From: Candidatus Krumholzibacteriia bacterium
GTDB lineage: Bacteria; Krumholzibacteriota; Krumholzibacteriia; JAJRXK01
Assembly: GCA_041484665.1 (NCBI GenBank)
Contig: JBGPIA010000009.1
Span: forward strand, 32,001 to 96,000
Direction: 5' to 3'
DNA length: 64,000 bases
Below are positions 54,434-63,887 of the stretch, in pieces. A program made the position numbers and the translations under genes. The notes beneath the pieces are model-generated. The model was not told the origin of the DNA and ran no database searches. It was given only the letters and a program-made list of their open reading frames with translations. How positions within the stretch are numbered: the stretch's first letter is position 1; every line of letters starts with the position of its first letter.

Positions 54434-55291
54434 GTGACCCGGCCCATGACCCAGGCGGCGCTGCTGCGCCGGCATGGCCTGCGGCCCAAGAAACGGCTCG
54501 GCCAGCACTTCCTGACCGACCGGCGGGTTCTGGCACGCATCGTGGATGCTGTCGTCGCCAGGGGCGTGTCGCGCGTGGTCGAGCTCGGCTCTGGGGCCGG
54601 GGCATTGACCTTTGCGCTGCTGGCGGCAGGCTTGGAAGTCGAGGCCATCGAGTTGGACCCCCGGCTGGTCGAGCTCCTCACCGAGGAGATCGGCCTGATG
54701 GACCTGCCGCCCGGGCGCGCCCGGGTGGTGCGGGCGGACCTGGCCCAGCTGGACTACCTGGCCCTGGTGGGGCGGCAGCCGATGCTGTTCGTCGGCAATC
54801 TCCCCTACCAGGTGACCAGCCTGGTGCTGCTGGGGATCCTGCCCGCGCTCGTGCTGCCGCAGGCCCGGGGGGCGCTGCTGATGATGCAGGCCGAGGTCGC
54901 CGCCCGTCTGACCGCACGGCCCGGCGGCAAGGAGTACGGCGTGCTCACGGTGCTGACGGCCGCGCAGGCCACCTCGACGCGACTGCTGCGCGTGTCGCCT
55001 GGAGCGTTCCTGCCGCCGCCGCAGGTGGAGTCGGCGGTGGTGGAGCTGCGGCCACGGCCGGACCGGCTCGAGCTGGCGCCCTCGTGCGTGGCCCTGGTCA
55101 AGGAGCTCTTCGGACAGCGGCGCAAGCAGATCGGCGGGCTGTTGCGGCGCGCCAGTGGGCTGGGAGAGACGCGACTCGCACAGCTCGCGGCGGAGTTGGG
55201 GATCGACCCGCACCGGCGGGCGGAGACGCTCTCGCTCGCGGATTTCGTGGCGCTGGATCGGTGGCTGGGCGGTGGGGAACGGCGCGGATGA
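54434..55291 (+). CDS. rsmA: 16S rRNA m6,2A1518/1519 dimethyltransferase (start 54434 or 54446)
   Basis: KKRLGQHFL, VELGSGAGALT, IELD, GNLPY, QAEVAARL, YGVLTV, FLPPPQVESAVV, RRK, RAETL. Confidence 0.96.
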   Translation: MTRPMTQAALLRRHGLRPKKRLGQHFLTDRRVLARIVDAVVARGVSRVVELGSGAGALTFALLAAGLEVEAIELDPRLVELLTEEIGLMDLPPGRARVVRADLAQLDYLALVGRQPMLFVGNLPYQVTSLVLLGILPALVLPQARGALLMMQAEVAARLTARPGGKEYGVLTVLTAAQATSTRLLRVSPGAFLPPPQVESAVVELRPRPDRLELAPSCVALVKELFGQRRKQIGGLLRRASGLGETRLAQLAAELGIDPHRRAETLSLADFVALDRWLGGGERRG

Positions 55292-57426
55292 GCAGGGAGC
55301 GAGGAAGGGTTGTCATGGCGGCGACGATGCTGGCTCTGCTGGGCGTGTGTACGCGATCCGCGGCGGCGCAGTGGCTGGGGTCCACGACGCAGTCGCAAAC
55401 CTCTGCGTCGCAGGACAGCACCGCCCAGGGTGGCCAGAGCGGCCAGGGCAGCCAAAGTAGCGCGACCACGCCGGGCGGGCCGACGGCACCGACGGGCGCC
55501 CCGCCCGGCCTGGGCGAGGTCGGCCGCATGTCCCAAGCGCGCAACGACAGCAGCGCCGCCGACTCCCTCAAGGGGCAGATCGCGTTCCCCCACAGCTTCC
55601 CCTGGATCGGGCCCGTACATCCGACCGTCACCCTCTCGGTGGGAAGTGGTGTCTCCGACGTGACCCTCCACGGGACCTCCACCCTGCCCTTGCTGGTGGA
55701 CGGCTTCCGCACCAACTCGACCTACACCCACGAGTACAAGGACTACCGTCAGGTAGACCGCACCTCGCAGACCGAGGCCGTCGACACGGCGTGGAACCGG
55801 CTGTTCGGCAAGTGGGGCCAGCTCAACGTGGGTTTCAACCGCAACTCGTTCCACGATTCGCAGGTGAGCAGCGTTGGCACGTTCGTGGTGGAGAATCGCG
55901 ACTCCCGAGGCGACGCAAAGCTCGCGGGCAAGGCCGAGCTGCCCGCCGGGCTGCTCTCCACCTGGAACCTCGGGGGTGACATCCAGGACTCGCGCGGGAG
56001 CACCCGCGGGACGAACAGCGACAAGACGCTGACCAGCAGCGACGCCGGCGCCAGCCTGGCCTACGACGGTGGCAGCTGGAGCGCCAGCGCCCGGGCCGGC
56101 GGGGACCGCGCCCGCGGCGATCGCAGCCTGCGCGGCAAGACCGCTCCGGCGACCACGACGACCGACACGCTGCGCACTGGCCTGTCGCTGTCGCGCGGGT
56201 CACGGCTCTCGCTGCAGTTCGACGCGCGCCGGATGCTGTTCGAGGAGAAGCGGCTGGATTTCCCCCGCGACAACCTGGGGCGCGTGGACACCCTGCGCAT
56301 CGACGTTGGCGACCGCGATTCGCTCGCAGTGCAGGAGGAAAAAGAGATCCGCAACGGCAACGCCCTCGGTGCCACGGTGCGATCGCAGCCTCTGCCCTGC
56401 GTGCAGACCACGGGGAGCTACCGCTACGAGTCCACCGAGACGACCTACCGCATCAACCAGCAGGGGCTGCTGCAGCGTCGTCTCGAGGCGCTCGACCTGG
56501 GCGCCTCCTACTCCCATGCGGAGGCCAGCAGCCTGTCCGTCCGTTACTCGACCTCGACCTCCTGGACCAACCAGCTCAACATCGGCAGCAGCACGTTTCG
56601 CGGCCGTGAGACCCAGGACACCAAGGAGGCCTCCATTACGCTGGATCAAGCCATCGTCTCGGCCACCAGCCTCAAGGCCACCGTCGGCGAGCGTCTGGTC
56701 CAGAACGTCTTCGAGGATCCCACCAACTCCAACGATCGCGACGAGCTCTACGATTTCTTGACCGCCAACCTCACCAGCGCGGCCATCACCAACCTGCGGA
56801 CCAACCTCAGCGGCACGCTGCACCTGACCGACTACATCAACATCGACCAGGCGATCGTGCCCAACAACCGGCAGGAGCGCTTCTACGAGCTGCACGGCGA
56901 CTACTCGTGGACGGGGCTGCCGGGGGTCCATCTCAACCAGAACTACACGCTCAACATCGTCTACCGCGATTTCACCCAGTCCGACGACAAGGACGAGTTC
57001 AACAAGCAGGGCAGGTTCGATACCGCAATCGACGTCGATCTGCCGCGCAGGGCCTCCTTGCACTTGGGGTACACGCTCGATGTCCACAAGAACGGCGTAC
57101 GCGATGTGGAGACGCCGGGGGTCTATATCCCTACCGAGCGGCGTTTCGATCACATCGTGGTTACGGGCGTCAGGATCCCGGTGAAGGATTACTCCCTCGG
57201 CGTCCAGGCCACGCGCGGCTTCCTGGACGACGAGAAGCCCAATGTCGGCACCCGCCAGCGGGAGAATCGTGGCGAACTCCACTCCGGGGTGACCGGAAAG
57301 CACAAGCTGCGCGGCAACATGGACCTGGACCTGGCCATCGAGTACGTGCTGGCCTACGGGCCGCGCGTTCGCGAAGAGAGCCGACGCTACTACGTGGCGA
57401 ACACCACGGTCACGATGAGGTTCTGA
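55288..57426 (+). CDS. Uncharacterised large outer-membrane beta-barrel protein
   Basis: Signal peptide, Ser/Gln/Gly linker, ~600 aa of Thr/Ser/Asn-rich amphipathic strands, terminal YVANTTVTMRF. ATGA overlap with rsmA. Confidence 0.72.
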   Translation: MSRERGRVVMAATMLALLGVCTRSAAAQWLGSTTQSQTSASQDSTAQGGQSGQGSQSSATTPGGPTAPTGAPPGLGEVGRMSQARNDSSAADSLKGQIAFPHSFPWIGPVHPTVTLSVGSGVSDVTLHGTSTLPLLVDGFRTNSTYTHEYKDYRQVDRTSQTEAVDTAWNRLFGKWGQLNVGFNRNSFHDSQVSSVGTFVVENRDSRGDAKLAGKAELPAGLLSTWNLGGDIQDSRGSTRGTNSDKTLTSSDAGASLAYDGGSWSASARAGGDRARGDRSLRGKTAPATTTTDTLRTGLSLSRGSRLSLQFDARRMLFEEKRLDFPRDNLGRVDTLRIDVGDRDSLAVQEEKEIRNGNALGATVRSQPLPCVQTTGSYRYESTETTYRINQQGLLQRRLEALDLGASYSHAEASSLSVRYSTSTSWTNQLNIGSSTFRGRETQDTKEASITLDQAIVSATSLKATVGERLVQNVFEDPTNSNDRDELYDFLTANLTSAAITNLRTNLSGTLHLTDYINIDQAIVPNNRQERFYELHGDYSWTGLPGVHLNQNYTLNIVYRDFTQSDDKDEFNKQGRFDTAIDVDLPRRASLHLGYTLDVHKNGVRDVETPGVYIPTERRFDHIVVTGVRIPVKDYSLGVQATRGFLDDEKPNVGTRQRENRGELHSGVTGKHKLRGNMDLDLAIEYVLAYGPRVREESRRYYVANTTVTMRF

Positions 57427-58019
57427 TGGACGCTCGTCTGCGCGCAGTTCTGACGTTGGCGGCGGCTCTGGCTGCGGCGCTCGTATGCAGCGGTGCGGGA
57501 TGCTTGTTCGAGCCGCGCACCCCCGAAAGCGGGGGCGGCACGGACATCTGCTTCCAGCCGATCCCGGCCAACGTGGAGAAGGACGTGTTCGTCAACCTGA
57601 ACGGCTCGCTCAAGTGCAAGCTGAGCGCCAGCTACCAGGTCCAGTTCGCCGACAATTTCGTGTTCATTCCGGCGCCCAGCGTGGCGGCGTCGTTTCCCCA
57701 GGCGTTCCTGGACCCCTGGACGCTCGCCAGCGAGAAGACGTTCAGCGACCGGCTGTTCTCCCAGGCGGACTCCATCGTCGTGGACCTGCGCCAGACGGTC
57801 GACGCCAGCACGCTCAACGGGACCGACCCCGTGAGCTACGAGGCGACCTACTTCCTGCGCTACAAGCCGCGGGGTGGGCTCGCCACCGTGTACCGGGCGC
57901 GGGCCCGCTACACGCTGCGGACCGTCGGCGGGACGTTCCGCCTGACGCAGTGGGAAGATTTCGAGCCGGGTCCCGGGCTGCTGACCCTGGGCCAGCTCAG
58001 AGGGGAGCTGTTCCAGTAG
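57426..58019 (+). CDS. Hypothetical lipoprotein (possibly NTF2/SnoaL-like fold)
   Basis: Lipobox GAGC then LFEPRTPE; FADNFVF, W…E…F, FRLTQWED. TGATG overlap. Confidence 0.75.
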   Translation: MDARLRAVLTLAAALAAALVCSGAGCLFEPRTPESGGGTDICFQPIPANVEKDVFVNLNGSLKCKLSASYQVQFADNFVFIPAPSVAASFPQAFLDPWTLASEKTFSDRLFSQADSIVVDLRQTVDASTLNGTDPVSYEATYFLRYKPRGGLATVYRARARYTLRTVGGTFRLTQWEDFEPGPGLLTLGQLRGELFQ

Positions 58020-58129
58020 TCAATTTTGTGACCGGGCCAGTTTGACCCACGCGCGGGGCTGGCTTTGCGGCCCCCAATTTGCTACGTTTGTTCCCGGAAT
58101 ACGGATTCGATTGTGGAGGTATCCGCACC

Positions 58130-58738
58130 ATGCATCCGAGCCGACCGACCCTTCGCACCAGCCTCCTTCTGCTCTGCGCGCTTCTCGCCGCGCAGTTGCT
58201 CCTGTCCGGCTGCGGCATCTTCTCGCCGCAGGAGCCCAAGGACAAGAAATCAACCACACCCCCCGACGAATTGGCGACCACGCCGGACATCCTCGTGAAG
58301 AACTTCACGAAGTGCTACACGGGGAAGAACATCGATCTGTACGAGAAGGTCCTCCATCCACAGTTCCAGTTCTTCTTCGCCCAGCAGGACGTCAGCGTGC
58401 TGGGCGTCGCGTCGTGGGACCGCGAGCACGAGATCCGCAGCACGACCAACATGTTCACGGGAGTCACCGGGACCAAGCCGGATGGCTCGCAGCAGCCGGG
58501 GATCCAGTCCATCACGCTGACGCTGTCGCCCATCGGCGAGTGGACGACCAACGTGGACGCCCAGTACCTCGGTACGCAGAAGCACAGCTACACCGTCGAC
58601 ATGGCTGTCACCTACAAGGGCGACAGCATCGACCAGGTGGGCGGAATCCAGGATCTCTACGTCGCTCCCGTCATCCAGAACGGCCAGACGATCTACCAGC
58701 TCAAGTTCTGGGTCGACGACGGCGTCACGGTCCACTAG
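58130..58738 (+). CDS. Hypothetical lipoprotein (possibly NTF2/SnoaL-like fold), related to the upstream one
   Basis: GGAGG RBS, lipobox LSGC, TTPDILVKNF…Y…LHPQFQFFF…WDREHE…NMF…YQLKFWVD. Confidence 0.8.
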   Translation: MHPSRPTLRTSLLLLCALLAAQLLLSGCGIFSPQEPKDKKSTTPPDELATTPDILVKNFTKCYTGKNIDLYEKVLHPQFQFFFAQQDVSVLGVASWDREHEIRSTTNMFTGVTGTKPDGSQQPGIQSITLTLSPIGEWTTNVDAQYLGTQKHSYTVDMAVTYKGDSIDQVGGIQDLYVAPVIQNGQTIYQLKFWVDDGVTVH

Positions 58739-58823
58739 GTCCCGCGGGAGCTTCGCCTCCGGGAAGCACTGCCCTCCCGGTGCCTGCCCGACCGACGCGC
58801 TCGCGCACGGACTTTCTGCAGCG

Positions 58824-58858
58824 ATCGCCCCCGCCTCTAGCGGGGGCGATTCTTGTTT
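58824..58858 (+). terminator. Rho-independent terminator
   Basis: ATCGCCCCCGC-ctcta-GCGGGGGCGAT followed by TCTTGTTT. Confidence 0.7.
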
Positions 58859-58891
58859 CGCCGCAGGCCATCGCCTACGCTGCGCGCCACC

Positions 58892-60118
58892 ATGAGCGCC
58901 GCCCGCCGCGCCTCTTCCATTGGCCACCGCAGCTCCGCCAGCAAGGGCCGCAACTCCCGCGGCCGCAACCGGATCCCGCGCGCCTGGCGCGTGCTGGCGG
59001 CGTGCCTGGCGATCCTCGCCGGAGCGGGCCTCTTGACCCTGCGCTGGTGGCACTCCGACGCGGGACGCATGTGGTTGGCCGACCGCGGCGCGCGCGAAGC
59101 GCAAGCCTGGGCCCAGCAGCGCCTGGAGCAGGCGGTGCTCTCCGCACTGCGCACGGCCGGCGTCGCTGCGGACAGCCTGCGTGTCCTGCCGCGCCACGAC
59201 GGCCAGCTGGCGTGCGTGCAGGCGCGCAGCGGCGCGCCGCTGCTGGACCTGGACATCGCCGTGACCGCCGCGGTGGAGAGCGCCGCAGGCCGCGTCCACA
59301 GCGGCCGGCGGCGCGACGGCGAGCAGGGCGTCACCCTCGATCTTACCGTGGGGACGCCGGCGCGTCCGACGCTCCGCGTGCTGGTGCAGCGCAGCGCAGC
59401 GCTCCCGCAGCCAGCCCCGCCCTCCACGGCGTCGCCCGCGGGCCTGTTGGCTATCGTCGTCGACGACTGGGGATACAATCTGGGCCCCCTCGCCATGCGC
59501 CTGCTGCAGCTGGACGTCCCGCTGACGATGGCGATCCTGCCGGAGCTCGCGTATTCCAAGCGGGCCCTCGCGGAGGTCCTGGGCCACGGCAAGGTGCCAC
59601 TGCTGCACCTGCCCATGCAGCCCGAGCGGGTCGAGGAGTTGGGGGCGGGCACTCCCGCGGTCATGGTGGGAATGCCTGCGGCGGAGATCCGGACACTGGT
59701 CTTGCGCCTGCTCGATGGGCTGCCGGGCGTGGTGGGGGTGAACAACCACATGGGCAGCGAAGCCACGCGCCACGGCCCCGAGATGCTCGCGGTGATGCGG
59801 GCGCTGGACGAACGCGGCCTGTTCTTCCTCGACAGCCTGACCACGCCCGCATCGGTGGCCTACGACGCGGCGCGGCAGGCCGCGATCCCCGCCCTGCGCA
59901 ACGACATCTTCCTGGACCGCGAGACGCAGGACCCCCAGGTCGTCGAGCAGCGCCTGCGCTGGCTGATCGAGCGGGCGCGCGAGCGCGGCCAGGCCATCGG
60001 GATCTGCCATGTGAACGCCGCCAGCGTCCAGATCCTCGAGCAGGTGCTGCCGCAACTGCGCGATGGAGAGGTCCGGGCGGTGACGCTCACCGACCTCCTC
60101 CACCGCCTTCCGGGCTGA
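58892..60118 (+). CDS. Divergent polysaccharide deacetylase family protein (YibQ-like) with N-terminal TM
   Basis: AIVVDDWG, LHLPMQP, GVNNHMGS, FFLDSLT, RNDIFLD, AIGICH. Confidence 0.9.
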   Translation: MSAARRASSIGHRSSASKGRNSRGRNRIPRAWRVLAACLAILAGAGLLTLRWWHSDAGRMWLADRGAREAQAWAQQRLEQAVLSALRTAGVAADSLRVLPRHDGQLACVQARSGAPLLDLDIAVTAAVESAAGRVHSGRRRDGEQGVTLDLTVGTPARPTLRVLVQRSAALPQPAPPSTASPAGLLAIVVDDWGYNLGPLAMRLLQLDVPLTMAILPELAYSKRALAEVLGHGKVPLLHLPMQPERVEELGAGTPAVMVGMPAAEIRTLVLRLLDGLPGVVGVNNHMGSEATRHGPEMLAVMRALDERGLFFLDSLTTPASVAYDAARQAAIPALRNDIFLDRETQDPQVVEQRLRWLIERARERGQAIGICHVNAASVQILEQVLPQLRDGEVRAVTLTDLLHRLPG

Positions 60119-60125
60119 GGCGACC

Positions 60126-60911
60126 ATGCGATCCTGGCGTCCCGCCTATCACCAGGGTGTCGGCCGGCGCGTCGCGGTGGCTCTCGTGCTGAGCTGCCTC
60201 GTGCACGCCGGCCTCGCGCCCCTGCTCATGCGCGCCCTGAGCAGGCCGGGGCGGGCAGCCCGCTCAGAGCGAGTCCACTTCTGGGAGGGGCACACCGGAG
60301 CGTACGGACCCATCCAGCTCATGCCGGAGATCAACCTCGCGCACGGCGACGACCCGCTGACGCGTCCCGCGCGGGCGCCCAGCGCAGCAGCGACACCGCG
60401 CCCACGCGGCGCTCACTCGAGCCCGCAGCCTGCGGGCCCGCCGGCTGCACCTCCCTCCTCGGGGCCCGTCCTCCCGGAGCCCGTGTCCGCCGACGAGTCG
60501 CGCAGCGATCGCCCAGAGACCGAGCAGCCTTTCGCGACCGGTGTGGCCGGACCCCCAACGCTTGGGCAGGTGGAGCTCAATCGCGCCAGCCAGACGACGC
60601 TCGATTTCGTGCTCACGCACTTCGTCCGTCCGTCCTACCCGGCCGGCGTTCCCGCCGCGCTGCTGGGACGGGCGATCGTGGTCCATGTGGCGATGTACGT
60701 CGACCCCGGCGGAAGCGTCGCCCAGGCGTATGTGGTGAGCAGCGAGGGAGGGCCGCTGTTCGACGAGGCCGTGCTCGCCGCCGTCCGGCAATGGAAGTAC
60801 CGCCCCGTGGTGGTCGGCCGTGAGCCGCGACCCTTCTGGGATCAAGTCAAGGTCACGTTTGTCGGCGCGCAGAGCGGCACTCCCGGCTCGGTGCGCGTCA
60901 ACGGCGGCTGA
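60126..60911 (+). CDS. TonB family protein (TM + Pro-rich linker + TonB C-terminal domain)
   Basis: SCLVH TM motif, Pro-rich linker, PSYP…VDPGGSV…FDEAVLAAVRQWKYRP. Confidence 0.85.
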   Translation: MRSWRPAYHQGVGRRVAVALVLSCLVHAGLAPLLMRALSRPGRAARSERVHFWEGHTGAYGPIQLMPEINLAHGDDPLTRPARAPSAAATPRPRGAHSSPQPAGPPAAPPSSGPVLPEPVSADESRSDRPETEQPFATGVAGPPTLGQVELNRASQTTLDFVLTHFVRPSYPAGVPAALLGRAIVVHVAMYVDPGGSVAQAYVVSSEGGPLFDEAVLAAVRQWKYRPVVVGREPRPFWDQVKVTFVGAQSGTPGSVRVNGG

Positions 60912-60928
60912 GAGCCGCAGCGGTCCCG

Positions 60929-60956
60929 TTGACACCCGGTGGCCCCCCGCTATACT
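60929..60956 (+). promoter_or_regulatory. sigma70-type promoter for secDF
   Basis: TTGACA-16 nt-TATACT. Confidence 0.75.
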
Positions 60957-61186
60957 CATTCGGTTGCCCAAGCCCCGGTCCCCAGGTCCGCGTGCGGCTT
61001 CGCTGCGCGCGGGTGCGCGGAGCGGGGGAACCGATGGCTCTCGGTGGAATCGGGGCATCGGCCGCGGCGCGCGGCCGGCCGCAGGACGAGGGCCTGCTCA
61101 CAGCCGCTTCTGCTTCTCCTGCCGCAGGCGACCCGGCCCACCAGGGCCCGCGTGCCTCGCCGCGCCAGGGGATGGGTGGGGATGGA

Positions 61187-62920
61187 ATGAAACGGTCGTT
61201 GCTCGTCAAAGTGATCCTGATCGCCCTGATCCTGGGCTGGTCGTTGTTCAGCCTGATCCCCACCGTGCGCCTGATGCGCCTGCCGGCCGACGAGAAGGCC
61301 AAGCTGGACGCCACGGTCGAGGGTCGCGAGAAGCTCGACAAGCTCCACGACAAGGGGATCAAGCTGGGGCTCGACCTGCAGGGCGGCATGTACCTGGTGC
61401 TGGACATCGACCGCAGCCAGCTCGACCAGAAGGCTGCCGCCGACGCCCTGGACCGTGTCGTGGAGATCCTGCGCAACCGCGTGGACCAATTCGGCGTGTC
61501 CGAGCCGGTGATCCAGAAGCAGGGCGACGCGCGCATCATCGTACAGCTGCCCGGCCTGCAGGACGCCGAGCGCGCCAAGCGCCTGATCGGCCGCACGGCG
61601 CGCCTGGAGTTCCGTATGGTGCGGGAGGCGGCCGACGTGAACACGCTGCTGCCGCGCCTGGACCGGATCCTGGCCGCCGCGCTGCGCGGAAGCTCCGCCG
61701 ACAGCACGCTGTCCGGCGGCAAGGCCGCCGTGGACACCGTGGCCCAACACGGCGCCAAGCCCGCCGTCGCCGCGGGCGACTCCGCGGTCAATCCCTTCAC
61801 CGCCACCGACGACGTCGCCAAGCATGCGGCCGCGGCGGGCGAGAGCGCCGACGAGATGGATCCCGAGCATCCGCTCTCGTCGCTGCTGGGCCCGTTCGTC
61901 GCCGGCTACGGCGGTATCCCGGTGGCCGACCGCAATCGCGCCAAGGTCGACGAGTTCCTGGCGCGCCCGGACGTCAAACGCGCCATCCCGCGCGAGCTGG
62001 ATTTCCTGTGGGGCGCCGAGCCGTACGCCGCCCAGGGCGGGGGCAGGGCGCACCTGCTGTTCCTGGTCGACCGGGACGTCAAGCTGGACGGCGGTGAGAT
62101 CCAGAACGCCGAGGTCTCGCCCGATCCCGAGCGCCCGCCGACCATGGTGGTCAACCTGGAGCTTTCGCGCCGCGGCGGCCTCAAGTTCGCCAGCGTGACG
62201 GGCGCCAACGTCGGGCGCAAGCTGGCCATCGTGCTGGACAACGTCGTCAACAGCGCTCCCGTCATCCACGACAAGATCACCGGCGGCCGCGCCCGCATCA
62301 CCGGCAACTTCAACAACCAGGACGCCCACGACCTCAAGGTCGTGCTGCGCGCGGGGGCGCTGCCCGCCGACGTGCGCATCCAGGAGGAGCGCACCATCGG
62401 CCCCAGCCTCGGGCGCGACTCCATCCACTCGGGCGTCTCGGCCGCGCTGTGGGGGGGGCTGCTGGTGGTGGTGTTCATGGTCTTCTACTACCGGATGGCG
62501 GGTCTGATCGCTACGGCCGGGCTGCTGCTCACCATGGTGTCGCTCTTGGCGATCCTCGCGCAGCTGCACCTCACACTGACCTTGCCCGGCATCGCCGGCA
62601 TGGTGCTGACCCTGGGCATGGCGGTGGATGCCAACGTGCTCATCTACGAGCGCATCCGCGAGGAGCTGCGCAAGGAGAAATCCGTGCGTGCCTCCGTCGA
62701 GGCGGGCTTCCACCAGGCGGCCCGTACGATCATCGACTCCAACCTCACGACGCTGGCGGCGGGGGTCGTGCTCTACATTTTTGGCACCGGTCCCATCAAG
62801 GGCTTCGCCGTGACGCTGAACATCGGGCTGATCACCAGCATGTTCTCGGCGCTCGTGTTCACGAAGGTCGTCTACGACGTCTGGCTGGGCGAGCGCCAGC
62901 CCAAGAGCCTCAGCATCTAG
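61187..62920 (+). CDS. secD: Protein translocase subunit SecD
   Basis: KLGLDLQGG, RNRVDQFGVSEP, LAIVLD, RAGALP, IGPSLG, GMAVDANVLIYERIREE, DSNLTT. Confidence 0.97.
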   Translation: MKRSLLVKVILIALILGWSLFSLIPTVRLMRLPADEKAKLDATVEGREKLDKLHDKGIKLGLDLQGGMYLVLDIDRSQLDQKAAADALDRVVEILRNRVDQFGVSEPVIQKQGDARIIVQLPGLQDAERAKRLIGRTARLEFRMVREAADVNTLLPRLDRILAAALRGSSADSTLSGGKAAVDTVAQHGAKPAVAAGDSAVNPFTATDDVAKHAAAAGESADEMDPEHPLSSLLGPFVAGYGGIPVADRNRAKVDEFLARPDVKRAIPRELDFLWGAEPYAAQGGGRAHLLFLVDRDVKLDGGEIQNAEVSPDPERPPTMVVNLELSRRGGLKFASVTGANVGRKLAIVLDNVVNSAPVIHDKITGGRARITGNFNNQDAHDLKVVLRAGALPADVRIQEERTIGPSLGRDSIHSGVSAALWGGLLVVVFMVFYYRMAGLIATAGLLLTMVSLLAILAQLHLTLTLPGIAGMVLTLGMAVDANVLIYERIREELRKEKSVRASVEAGFHQAARTIIDSNLTTLAAGVVLYIFGTGPIKGFAVTLNIGLITSMFSALVFTKVVYDVWLGERQPKSLSI

Positions 62921-62945
62921 CCCCTGGCGCAACGGACGAGGAGCC

Positions 62946-63887
62946 ATGGAATTCTTCAGGGAAACCCACATCGATTTCATCAGCCGCTGGAAGCTGTGGG
63001 TGGGGATCTCGTGGACGCTGATCCTCGCCGGGGTCATCTCCTTCGCCGTGCGCGGCGGCCCGCGCTACTCCGTGGATTTCACCGGCGGGACCGTCGTCGA
63101 GCTGCGGATCATCCCGGGAGCGGACGTGGCCGCCGTCCGCGCCGCCCTGGACAACGCCGGTGTCAAGGCCGACCAGGTCACCACCCTGGGCACCAACCAG
63201 CAGTTCCTGGTCAGTCTCCCAGCGGCCGAAGCGCAGTCGGGTCAGGCCGCTGCGGAGGCCGTGAGCGTGCGCGACGCGGTGGCCAAGGCGATGCCCGACA
63301 AGAACGTGGAGCTGCGCCGCCAGGAGACGGTCGGTCCCAAGATCGGCAAGGAGTTGCGGACCGCGGCCGTCAACTCCATCGTCGTGGCCTTGCTGGTCAT
63401 CATGGTCTACGTCTGGGTGCGGTTCCCCTCGTTCCAATACGCTCTGGGTGCCGTGGTGGCGACATTGCACGACGTGCTGATCACGGCCGGTATCTTCTCG
63501 CTGTTGAACAAGGAGTTCACCCTGGCCATCGTGGCGGCCCTGCTCACGATCGTCGGATTCTCGGTCAACGACACGATCGTGGTGTTCGACCGCGTGCGCG
63601 AGAACATGAAGCTCCGGCGCAAGGAGACCTTCGAGGAGATCGCCAACCGAAGCGTGAACGAGACCCTCAGCCGCACCATCATCACCAGCGGCACCGTGCT
63701 CATCACGTCGCTGATCCTGATGGTCATGGGCGGTTCGGTAATCCACGACTTTGCGCTCGCCATGTCCATCGGGATCATCGTCGGTACCTACTCGTCGATC
63801 TACGTCGCCAGCCCGATCGTGATCCAGTGGTATAGGTGGCGCGCTGGCGCGGCCAAGCGCGTCAAGAAGGCGGCGGCGACCGCCTGA
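62946..63887 (+). CDS. secF: Protein translocase subunit SecF
   Basis: VDFTGGT, VGPKIGKEL, HDV, SVNDTIVVFDRVREN, TLSRTIITS, GTYSSIYVASP. Confidence 0.97.
   Translation: MEFFRETHIDFISRWKLWVGISWTLILAGVISFAVRGGPRYSVDFTGGTVVELRIIPGADVAAVRAALDNAGVKADQVTTLGTNQQFLVSLPAAEAQSGQAAAEAVSVRDAVAKAMPDKNVELRRQETVGPKIGKELRTAAVNSIVVALLVIMVYVWVRFPSFQYALGAVVATLHDVLITAGIFSLLNKEFTLAIVAALLTIVGFSVNDTIVVFDRVRENMKLRRKETFEEIANRSVNETLSRTIITSGTVLITSLILMVMGGSVIHDFALAMSIGIIVGTYSSIYVASPIVIQWYRWRAGAAKRVKKAAATA

Noticed and set aside
60939..61190. Arrest-peptide uORF upstream of secDF
   Set aside because: The 83-aa ORF starts within the promoter and lacks a signal/TM segment or a RAPP/RGPP-type motif.
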